Shown here one piece after another: positions 57,392-64,000 of a stretch of DNA of 64,000 bases (positions are counted from its first letter, which is position 1; every line of letters begins with the position of its first letter). The notes beneath the pieces were generated by a model. It did not search any database. It worked only from the letters and a program-made list of their open reading frames with translations, and was not told the DNA's origin. Source of the stretch: an uncultured Gammaproteobacteria bacterium. Its GTDB lineage: Bacteria; Patescibacteriota; Patescibacteriia; UBA2196. Where the stretch lies: NCBI GenBank assembly GCA_964522515.1, contig CAZFWC010000001.1:14536-78535 (forward strand), given 5' to 3'. The position numbers were made by a program, and so were the translations under genes.

Positions 57392-57997
57392 TTAGATTAA
57401 TTTTATTTTATCCCCTTCTATTAATAAAGCTTGTTCATTTGTTAAAGGCATAATTTTGTTACTATATTTTTTCCTAAATTCATCAATAATCTTTTTTTCT
57501 TCATCTACATAATGTGGCGAAACAATGATGTCAGTTAGATTTAGGGCTGATAAATCTTTTAAGCCAACATCATTTTTATCAAATGGGCTGGCAATATCTA
57601 TATTCGGTCCAGCCAATATACTTCCAGCACTTACTCCAACAAAAACTTTTCCTTTATTAACCATTTTTATAATTTTTTTATCAAACCCGCTTTCTCGTAT
57701 TTTGTGCAATAAATAAAAAGTATTACCACCACAAACATAAATTACATCAATTTCTTTTAACTTAGTATTATCTGAATTTTTATCACAATTAAACTCTAAA
57801 ATATTTTTTGATTGAATACCAAGATGTTCTAATTCTTTTTTGGAGGATTTAACATAACGCAATGCCCCATCTGATATTGCTGCTGTCGGGATAAATAAAA
57901 CTTTAATTTGATTTGGTTCTTTGTTAACCAATCTTAAAAACTCCTGCACTATTTTAGGATTTACAAAAGCTGCCGATGTTAATAATAGTTTTTTCAT
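57392..57997 (-). CDS. peptidase S51 (dipeptidase E-like) family protein
   Basis: GGNTFYLL and GVSAGS motifs. Confidence 0.55.
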   Translation of the reverse strand: MKKLLLTSAAFVNPKIVQEFLRLVNKEPNQIKVLFIPTAAISDGALRYVKSSKKELEHLGIQSKNILEFNCDKNSDNTKLKEIDVIYVCGGNTFYLLHKIRESGFDKKIIKMVNKGKVFVGVSAGSILAGPNIDIASPFDKNDVGLKDLSALNLTDIIVSPHYVDEEKKIIDEFRKKYSNKIMPLTNEQALLIEGDKIKLI

Positions 57998-58002
57998 ATA
58001 TT

Positions 58003-58992
58003 TTATAATCTAATTTCCTTTTCCAACCATGGAATATTTTCATTTTTTCTTTTCCAAAATAAATTTTCCCAAATGTAGTGAACTGCCAGCTGTTTGTATT
58101 CACCGAATTTTTCAAAATATTTTAATAATTTTTTAACTGGCACAGGGTTTTCTGGATTTTTATTGAAAAATAGTTTTGAATATATTTTTTGTTCCCACGG
58201 AGAAATATGGTTGAAAAAGTCCCAATGATGAAAAACATCAAACAAAATATACCAAACCGTTGCAGGACCAACTCCATATAATTTTAATAATTCTTGCATT
58301 TGTGTTTCCCTGTCTTTGATTCTTAATTCCATTTCATCTATTAATCCTTTTCCAAAATGCTCATCTATTTTTTTAATTGATTTATCTCTGTATCCCACTT
58401 TAAGTTTTCTTAAGTCATCAGTGGTTACTTTTTCCAAATCACCAGGATTCCAGAAACACCATAATTTTTTGTCATCAAACTCCAACAACTTGCCATAATT
58501 TTCAAGTAGCATCTGAAACATTTGAACCGATCTTTTAATAGGGGCGTTTTGCAAAACAATTCCAATAATTAAATATTCATACAGAGAACTTGGATGTCCT
58601 GGTCGCATTCCTTTCCATTTTTTAATAATATCTCCTAGAGTTTTATCATCTTTAAATTCTTTATAAAAATTTTTTAAATCTAAACACAAACTATATGAAT
58701 ATTTAATTTCTTTAATCAACGAATTAATAAATTCATTTGATAATTTACTTTTTGAATATATTTTTACTTCAATTACTGGATTACTAACCGTCCCCTTATC
58801 AACGAACTTAATTCCCAAAGGAGTCTTTTGCCAATTCCAAGTTTGCCAACGAATCCCGGGTTGCCAAAAATTATCACCAGAAGTAAAATGGTCTGGTTTA
58901 TGAAAAGTTGAATCAAAAGCAAACGGCTTGGTTGGTTTGATTTTGATTGTTTTTTGAAGAGTTAGTTTCATTAACTTTTTTATAAAATACAC
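58003..58992 (-). CDS. HhH-GPD-type DNA glycosylase candidate (Ogg/AlkA-like)
   Basis: LYGVGPATVWYIL helix-hairpin-helix-like segment; weak. Confidence 0.45.
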   Translation of the reverse strand: MYFIKKLMKLTLQKTIKIKPTKPFAFDSTFHKPDHFTSGDNFWQPGIRWQTWNWQKTPLGIKFVDKGTVSNPVIEVKIYSKSKLSNEFINSLIKEIKYSYSLCLDLKNFYKEFKDDKTLGDIIKKWKGMRPGHPSSLYEYLIIGIVLQNAPIKRSVQMFQMLLENYGKLLEFDDKKLWCFWNPGDLEKVTTDDLRKLKVGYRDKSIKKIDEHFGKGLIDEMELRIKDRETQMQELLKLYGVGPATVWYILFDVFHHWDFFNHISPWEQKIYSKLFFNKNPENPVPVKKLLKYFEKFGEYKQLAVHYIWENLFWKRKNENIPWLEKEIRL

Positions 58993-59093
58993 TTTACTCT
59001 AAAAATTAAACAATATAAAAAATAAATAATTTTTATTCTTTCAAAATATTTTTTCTGGCTGGACGCTAAGCATCCTAATAGCCACGCTCAGCG

Positions 59094-59167
59094 TGGCTGC
59101 CGGACAGGGACTCGAACCCCGGTTACCAGGATCAAAACCTGGCGTCCTACCACTAGACGATCCGGCA
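59094..59167 (-). tRNA. tRNA-Gln (anticodon UUG), CCA encoded
   Basis: manual cloverleaf: acceptor UGCCGGA/UCCGGCA, D-stem GUCU/GGAC, anticodon stem CCAGG/CCUGG, loop UUUUGAU, T-stem CGGGG/CCCUG, TTCGAGT loop; followed by hairpin. Confidence 0.8.
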
Positions 59168-59170
59168 AAA

Positions 59171-60088
59171 TTACACCCTTAAATATTTTCCAATTGAGAT
59201 AAAACTAGAAATTGTATTTAACACAATAATTACAATTAATTCAAATCCAAAAATATAAATAAAATGACCTGAAATATAAGACATTAAATTAAAATTAATA
59301 TCAATAAAAAAATTGTAAAAAATTGGTTGCAAAACTCCGGCAATTAAATAAAAAATTATCCAAAAAATAACACTGCCAACAATTGCATAAAGCGCGCCTT
59401 CAAGTAAAAACGGCACTCTAATAAACCAATTTGACGCGCCAACTAATTTCATAATTCCAATTTCTTCACGGTGAGTGTAAATTCCAATTCTAATTGTATT
59501 AAAAACAACAAGCAACGCAATCAAAGCAAAAAAACCACTTACAATTAATCCAAATGTTTTAATTTTATTTCCAATATTTTCAAGTTTTTGAATTACTAAT
59601 TTGTTATCGTCGTAATCAATATCTTGCGCAAGCTCGTCAATTTTATCTTTTTTTAAATTATTTAAAATTTCTGGATACAAATTAACATTTTCAGCTTTAA
59701 TCGTCAAGGTTGGTCCCAAAGGATTTTCATTAAGTTCAATTAAAGATTCTTGAACAAGTTCGTTGTTTTCGTGAAATTTTTTAAATTTGCTTAAAGCTTG
59801 TTCTGCGGAAATAAATTTTACTTCTTTAACTTGATCGTATTTTTCAATATTTTGTTTTATTAATTTAACTTGTTGTTCTTCTGCGTTAGATTCAAAATAT
59901 ATTGAAATATCAATTTTATTTTTAATTGCCAAAATTGCGTTGTCTGTTGCCGCGTTTAAAACAATAAGTGAAGTTAAAGAAAATAAAGTTAAAATAATAA
60001 TTGTAATTGTAACCAAAGACAGCCAGAAATTTCTGTAAAAATTTTGGAAAGAAAATTTAATAATTCTTGTTAAAGTTAGTAAAAACAT
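59171..60088 (-). CDS. ftsX: cell division permease FtsX-like
   Basis: N-terminal TM, periplasmic domain, 3 C-terminal TM; adjacent to ftsE. Confidence 0.7.
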   Translation of the reverse strand: MFLLTLTRIIKFSFQNFYRNFWLSLVTITIIILTLFSLTSLIVLNAATDNAILAIKNKIDISIYFESNAEEQQVKLIKQNIEKYDQVKEVKFISAEQALSKFKKFHENNELVQESLIELNENPLGPTLTIKAENVNLYPEILNNLKKDKIDELAQDIDYDDNKLVIQKLENIGNKIKTFGLIVSGFFALIALLVVFNTIRIGIYTHREEIGIMKLVGASNWFIRVPFLLEGALYAIVGSVIFWIIFYLIAGVLQPIFYNFFIDINFNLMSYISGHFIYIFGFELIVIIVLNTISSFISIGKYLRV

Positions 60089-60094
60089 ATTTAT

Positions 60095-60245
60095 TTTTTA
60101 AAGCTCCAAGATACAAGTTCCAAATCCCAAATAAATATCAAATTTCAATTTTCAGTATTTTATTAAAATTATATTTTTATAATATTTTTTTGTAATTTGA
60201 TTTTTGGAATTTATTTGGAAATTGTTTTTTTGGAAATTGGAAATT
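60095..60245. repeat. related AT-rich GGAAATT/CCAAAT heptamer inverted repeat between ftsE and ftsX
   Basis: CCAAGATACAAGTTCCAAATCCCAAATAAAT ... ATTTATTTGGAAATTG...GGAAATTGGAAATT. Confidence 0.6.
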
Positions 60246-60995
60246 TTAGAGTAGATATCTTCCTTTTTCCTGATCAGCAGACACAGTACCATTTTCTAAA
60301 GTAATCACGCGTTTATGCAAAGAATTTACAACTTCTCTGTCGTGCGTAACTAAAAGAATTGTTGTGCCAAACTCATTTATTTTTTGTAAAATATCAATAA
60401 TATCTCGTGTGTTAATTGAATCTAAATTTCCAGTTGGCTCGTCAGCAATTAAAATTTTTGGCCTGTGAATTAATGCTCTGGCAATTGAAACTCGTTGTTG
60501 TTCCCCGCCAGATAATTCTTGCGGGTACCTGTTTGTTTTTTCTTCAAGCCCAACAATTTTTAAAACTTGCGGAACAATTTTTTCTATTTTTTTATTTGTG
60601 GAACCAGAAACTTCTAAAGCAAAAGCAACATTTTCAAACGCGGTTTTTTTTGGAAGTAATTTAAAATCCTGCCAAACTACACCAATTTGTCTTCGTAAAA
60701 GCGGAACATGTCTGCGTTTTATTTTTGTAATATCCCAACCGCCAACAATAATTTTCCCTTTAGAAATTGGTTCTTCTGAAATCAAAAGTCGCACAGCTGT
60801 TGTTTTGCCTGTGCCTGATTGACCAACTAAAAAAACAAACTCTCCTGGTTTAATATGGAACGAAGCATTTTTTAATGCATTTACATCGGGTTTATAAAAT
60901 TTTGATACATTTCTAAATTGAATCATAAAATAATTTTCAGTAATCAATTTTCCCGCCTGCCAAATCTCACTGGCGGGCAGGCAATTTTCAAACAA
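60246..60995 (-). CDS. ftsE: cell division ATP-binding protein FtsE (true start probably MIQFRNV near 60926)
   Basis: Walker A GQSGTGKTT, ABC signature LSGGEQQR, Walker B ILIADEPT. Confidence 0.85.
   Translation of the reverse strand: MFENCLPASEIWQAGKLITENYFMIQFRNVSKFYKPDVNALKNASFHIKPGEFVFLVGQSGTGKTTAVRLLISEEPISKGKIIVGGWDITKIKRRHVPLLRRQIGVVWQDFKLLPKKTAFENVAFALEVSGSTNKKIEKIVPQVLKIVGLEEKTNRYPQELSGGEQQRVSIARALIHRPKILIADEPTGNLDSINTRDIIDILQKINEFGTTILLVTHDREVVNSLHKRVITLENGTVSADQEKGRYLL
60950..60983. repeat. GC palindrome (CCCGCCTGCC...GGCGGGCAGG) in ftsE 5' region
   Basis: 10-bp arms, 14-nt loop; related to element helix module. Confidence 0.55.
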
Positions 60996-61121
60996 TTAAT
61001 TAATTTTAAAATTTTCAAATATTTCTCTGAAAAGTTTTTACTATTTTTTATTTAAAGATGATGTTATTTTGTTAAAAATTAAACTTAAACTTGTTTTGTT
61101 TAATTTTGATTATATCTTATT

Positions 61122-61364
61122 TTATATTCCCCATCTCCATCTTGGTTTTTCGCCTTTTTTATAACATGTTATAAAAAGAGCTATAAAATCTAGGATTATT
61201 ATTAAACTGTTTGTTATAATTTCTTTTCCTTGCATAATCCTTGTCCAAGCAAATACAAAGATTAGAATTGATAATAAAGTAATTGTAAATCCTTGCCAAG
61301 TACAAGGATACCACCCCCAACCATACCATTTTGCTTTAAACCAAAGTTTTTTATTTTTTTTCAT
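61122..61364 (-). CDS. small hypothetical membrane protein (Trp-rich)
   Basis: two TM helices. Confidence 0.3.
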   Translation of the reverse strand: MKKNKKLWFKAKWYGWGWYPCTWQGFTITLLSILIFVFAWTRIMQGKEIITNSLIIILDFIALFITCYKKGEKPRWRWGI

Positions 61365-61394
61365 ATATTTTTTTAAAATTATTTAAGAATTGTT

Positions 61395-61475
61395 TAGAAA
61401 TTGAGAACTGAAAATTGAAAATTGAAAATTTTTTAATCCCTTAATTTCTAATTTCTCAATTTCTCAATTTCTATT
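61395..61475. repeat. inverted arrays of GAAAATT heptamers
   Basis: AGAAATTGAGAACTGAAAATTGAAAATTGAAAATT ... AATTTCTAATTTCTCAATTTCTCAATTTCT. Confidence 0.7.
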
Positions 61476-62285
61476 TTAATAAGACACAACTCTAACTCCT
61501 AAAACCCCTCCCCCTGGATTTCCAATTTTACTAAAAGCTGTTTTTGTTAAATCAACAATTCTGTTATCAACAAAAGGTCCTGTGGAAACTACTTTAACTT
61601 TAACACATTTTTGCAAATTATCTAAACGACAAACTTTAATAAAAGTTCCAATTTTGTAATTGTTTGACGCGCAGTTGTAAGCAGAACTTGGAGTTAACGC
61701 GTCTCCGTACCAACTTGCCCAAGCTTCAAATTCATTTGGAATTTCAAAAACAGCTAAAATCGCGTAAGGCAAATGAATCACAGCGCGAGTTAAATTATTT
61801 TCTAAATCATTTGTGCCAGGCAAAGGTTTCCATTTTTTTGATCCTCCGTCCCAAAAAAACATTTGTTTGCGAAGCATTTTTGTATTTTTAAATTCATCTT
61901 TTAATTCAGGATTTTTAATTGCCACAAAAAGTGGTTTGTTTAAAACACCAATTCTTGGATCTCCTAAAAAATCAAATTCCCAAGCAGATGAAACTCGTTT
62001 GTAATTTAACTCGTTTCCGAATTTGTCAACCACTGGTCCAACAGGCGCCCAGCTTTCATTTAATTCTCGTAAAACCGCAGTGGCAGACTGTGAAATTGCT
62101 TTGTCCACTACACCTAATTTAAATTCGTTGTCTCCTGCAACAACTGTGTAGCCTTTTAAAATTGTTGCTTCATCAATAAATAATTTCCACTCTCTTTTTG
62201 TCCAAGGTTCTGTTTGAGCCTCTACAAAATTAAAAGTTAAAAAAGTTAAAATTAATAAAATTAGTAGTAAAATTTTTCTTGACAT
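61476..62285 (-). CDS. secreted RlpA-like double-psi beta-barrel protein
   Basis: signal peptide; C-terminal WASWYGD...VVSTGPF...IVDLTKTAF resembles RlpA DPBB. Confidence 0.6.
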   Translation of the reverse strand: MSRKILLLILLILTFLTFNFVEAQTEPWTKREWKLFIDEATILKGYTVVAGDNEFKLGVVDKAISQSATAVLRELNESWAPVGPVVDKFGNELNYKRVSSAWEFDFLGDPRIGVLNKPLFVAIKNPELKDEFKNTKMLRKQMFFWDGGSKKWKPLPGTNDLENNLTRAVIHLPYAILAVFEIPNEFEAWASWYGDALTPSSAYNCASNNYKIGTFIKVCRLDNLQKCVKVKVVSTGPFVDNRIVDLTKTAFSKIGNPGGGVLGVRVVSY

Positions 62286-62328
62286 AAAATTAGTTGTTAT
62301 TTGATAATTGATATTTTTTATATTAAAA

Positions 62329-62826
62329 TTAATTTACTTCCCCAATATTTTCTGCAATGATTTCTAAAGCTGCATTATGGAGTTTATTTCCAGAATTATT
62401 AGCACATAAATTTTTTAAAACAATAATTTTAAAACCCCGATCAAACGCATCGCGTGCAAAAGTCAAAACACAATTTTCAGTCTGGATTCCTCCTAAATAA
62501 ATATCTGTAATTTTGTTTTCCTTTAAAATATTAAAAATTTTGTTATCAACAAAACTGCTGTAAGTATTTTTTACAAAAAGATTGTTTTGATTAATAAATT
62601 TTTTTATTTCATCAACTAAATCATATTCTGCTCGTTTCATAAAACTATGATAATTTAAATTTTTAACAAAATAACTGTCGGGTTTGTTTTTAAATTGAGT
62701 AAATAAAATAAGATCAAATTTATTTTTGTTTCTTTGAATAAAATTCTTAGTTCTTGCTGGCAGATGTTTTGTTCTCTTATCTATAAAACCTTTTTGCAAG
62801 TCAATAATTATTAAAGCTTTTTTCAT
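62329..62826 (-). CDS. isochorismatase-family (cysteine hydrolase) protein
   Basis: ALIIIDLQKGF N-terminus, catalytic-Cys region NCVL. Confidence 0.6.
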   Translation of the reverse strand: MKKALIIIDLQKGFIDKRTKHLPARTKNFIQRNKNKFDLILFTQFKNKPDSYFVKNLNYHSFMKRAEYDLVDEIKKFINQNNLFVKNTYSSFVDNKIFNILKENKITDIYLGGIQTENCVLTFARDAFDRGFKIIVLKNLCANNSGNKLHNAALEIIAENIGEVN

Positions 62827-62867
62827 ATTTTTATTTTTCTAATTTTTATATTAAAATTAATTTAGTT

Positions 62868-62938
62868 GCGGGTGTAGTTCAGTGGCAGAACATGAGCTTC
62901 CCAAGCTTAAGACGGCAGTTCGATTCTGCTCACCCGCT
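62868..62938 (+). tRNA. tRNA-Gly (anticodon CCC)
   Basis: close to canonical bacterial tRNA-Gly(CCC): GCGGGTGTAGTTCAGTGGCAGAAC...GCTTCCCAAGC... Confidence 0.85.
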
Positions 62939-62943
62939 TTTTG

Positions 62944-63126
62944 GCCGAAGTAGCTCAGTTGGTAGACCTGCCCGCCCTAGCCTGAGCCCTTTTAGCTCAA
63001 TTGGTAGAGCAACGGTATCGTAAACCGTAGGTTGTCAGTTCGAATCTGACAAAGGGCTAAGGCGATGGCAGGCGGGGCAGTGCTTTCGTAAAGCAAAGGT
63101 CGTGAGTTCAATTCTCGCCTTCGGCT
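62944..63126 (+). other. tRNA-like gene (anticodon loop UUCGUAA, CGU) split at D-stem positions 23/24 by a 110-bp insertion (62967..63076) closed by a 10-bp GC helix and containing tRNA-Thr
   Basis: 5' part GCCGAAG-TA-GCTC-AGTTGGTA-GA; 3' part GC-A-GTGCT-TTCGTAA-AGCAA-AGGTC-GTGAG-TTCAATT-CTCGC-CTTCGGC-T; acceptor 7/7 complementary. Confidence 0.5.
62986..63058 (+). tRNA. tRNA-Thr (anticodon CGU)
   Basis: perfect cloverleaf GCCCTTT-TA-GCTC-AATTGGTA-GAGC-A-ACGGT-ATCGTAA-ACCGT-AGGTT-GTCAG-TTCGAAT-CTGAC-AAAGGGC-T. Confidence 0.85.
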
Positions 63127-63190
63127 TTTTAAACTTTAATGCTTTTAAATAAAAATTTTAATCTAAAATTTTTTATTTAAAAGAACTAGA

Positions 63191-63243
63191 AGCCCGCCAG
63201 CCGAAGCAATAAAGGGTTGTTAAAGGCGAAGGCGGGTGAGCGA
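63191..63243. repeat. GC-rich element short copy abutting ftsB stop
   Basis: GCCCGCCAGCCGAAGC...GGCGAAGGCGGGTGAGCGA. Confidence 0.7.
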
Positions 63244-63609
63244 TTACTGAAAAAAATATTCAAACCACAATTCTGGCATTGATTTGTTTTTTTGTGTTTT
63301 TGTATTTTCTTGTTTTTGTTCTGGAATAATTACAAGTTTTTCTCCGGGCTTTGCTAAACCTAATTTTTCCCTAGCTTGTTTTTCCACAAATTCTGTTTCA
63401 GAAAAAAAATCAATTAATTGACTTAATTCTTGATTTTGTTTTTCTAAAACAAAAATTTCATTTTCAAGTTCAAATGCTTTTTCTGTATTATTTTTTTGTT
63501 GATTTAAATTTTTAACAATAACACTAGCTAATAAAATAAAAATAATTAACAAACAAAAAATAGCTAATTTAGAAGATAATATTTTTTTAGCAGTATAATT
63601 CTGTTTCAT
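63244..63609 (-). CDS. ftsB: FtsB/DivIC-like septum formation initiator
   Basis: N-terminal TM, coiled coil, ...EKQAREKLGLAKPGEKLVII motif. Confidence 0.5.
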   Translation of the reverse strand: MKQNYTAKKILSSKLAIFCLLIIFILLASVIVKNLNQQKNNTEKAFELENEIFVLEKQNQELSQLIDFFSETEFVEKQAREKLGLAKPGEKLVIIPEQKQENTKTQKNKSMPELWFEYFFQ

Positions 63610-63659
63610 ATTTTAATTATATCACAAAAACACCAAAACATAAATTACTATTTTACTTT

Positions 63660-63880
63660 TTACATTTTATTTTAGCCCCCTTTAAGGGGGCTTCTGTTTG
63701 TTTTAACCTGACCCTTTAGGGTTAGGGGTTTAGAAAAAAAATTTTCTTTTTCAGCCTAGCCCTAAAAGGGCAAGGTTAATTTCTCAAGCCCTCTGAAGAG
63801 GGCTAATTTATTTTCAAAATTATTTTATTTATTAACCACCCCACAGCCCCTCCCTGCCTACCGGACAGGCAGGCTTGAAA
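63660..63880. repeat. array of five short GC-clamped hairpins in AT-rich background
   Basis: AGCCCCCTTTAAGGGGGCT; ACCCTTTAGGGT; AGCCCTAAAAGGGCA; AGCCCTCTGAAGAGGGCT; CCTGCCTACCGGACAGGCAGG. Confidence 0.6.
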
Positions 63881-64000
63881 ATGAGGGGAGAAAATTTAAT
63901 TCTAACCTAATTTTTTCACAAACTGCCTAGCTTGTTTTTTATTTTTAATTTTATTTACTAATTGTTTTTCTCTAATTTTATTTTTAATTTCTCCTATTTT

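Noticed and set aside
62943-62985. Initial reading of GGCCGAAGTAGCTCAGTTGGTAGAC... as a truncated tRNA pseudogene fragment only
   Set aside because: On closer inspection the matching 3' half (anticodon arm, T-arm, complementary acceptor) lies 110 bp downstream, separated by a helix-closed insert. Reclassified as a split tRNA-like gene (see findings).
1-64000. Possibility of an alternative genetic code (e.g. UGA=Gly as in Gracilibacteria/SR1)
   Set aside because: Conserved genes (secY, adk, ribosomal proteins) terminate at TGA/TAA/TAG with normal lengths and no internal in-frame TGA-bridged extensions are needed. The standard code fits.
1-64000. CRISPR arrays, rRNA genes, transposases or integrases
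   Set aside because: No regularly spaced identical direct repeats with unique spacers, no rRNA-like conserved stretches, and no ORF with DDE or tyrosine/serine recombinase motifs were seen. The abundant repeats are non-autonomous palindromic elements.

Overview
This is an AT-rich window from a small bacterial genome, probably candidate phyla radiation (CPR)/Patescibacteria-like, with almost all genes on the minus strand. The lineage call rests on the gene content of the ribosomal cluster: no ribosomal protein L30 between rpsE and rplO, a zinc-ribbon S14 (type Z), and extended L22/L23/L24. Standard code 11 fits, and UGA is used as a stop.

Contents, left to right:
- An M23 peptidase and gltX.
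- A roughly 19 kb cell-surface glycan locus with GT2, GT4 and WecB/TagA glycosyltransferases, a GtrA/GtrB-like pair, a GT-C-like membrane protein, a radical-SAM/SPASM enzyme, an O-antigen-ligase-like protein and a Wzz-like protein.
- A Fic/RhuM protein and a GC-richer pair of secreted proteins.
- map, adk and secY, then the spc and S10 ribosomal-protein operons, then tuf.
- A roughly 4 kb insertion between tuf and fusA carrying an acidic protein, a RelE/ParE-like toxin pair and a DNA methyltransferase fused to an Mrr-like nuclease domain.
- fusA, rpsG and rpsL, then an M50 protease, rpmB, ndk, ychF, a receiver domain, ftsEX, an RlpA-like protein, tRNAs and ftsB.

The most striking signal is a modular family of GC-rich composite palindromic elements. 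The core is roughly CTGYCCGCCGTAGC...GCGAAGGAGG, with an internal CCTGCC...GGCAGG palindrome and an optional CCCGAGTACTCGGG sub-hairpin. More than 20 copies are present.
- Full-length copies of about 130-190 bp fill intercistronic spacers, including six inside the normally compact S10/spc ribosomal operons. Their ends fall within a few bases of the upstream stop codon and about 8-15 nt from the next start codon.
- Short copies of about 24-60 bp sit in-frame inside conserved coding sequences: fusA, map, rplD, rplR, rplV, glycosyltransferases, a DUF4012-like protein and an FG-GAP protein. They are read in different frames and orientations.
This resembles Rickettsia palindromic elements or Correia-like miniature elements, but in a CPR-like background.

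Other notable points:
- A tRNA-like gene is split in its D-stem by a 110-bp helix-closed insertion that contains a complete tRNA-Thr(CGU).
- Several other families of inverted repeats occur: heptamer arrays, an AT-rich cacgcgaatt/ccagaat family and a gtcatcccgag family.
- The rplC-rplD junction is interrupted by an opposite-strand cassette with its own promoter and terminator.

Manual coordinates may be off by 1-2 nt.
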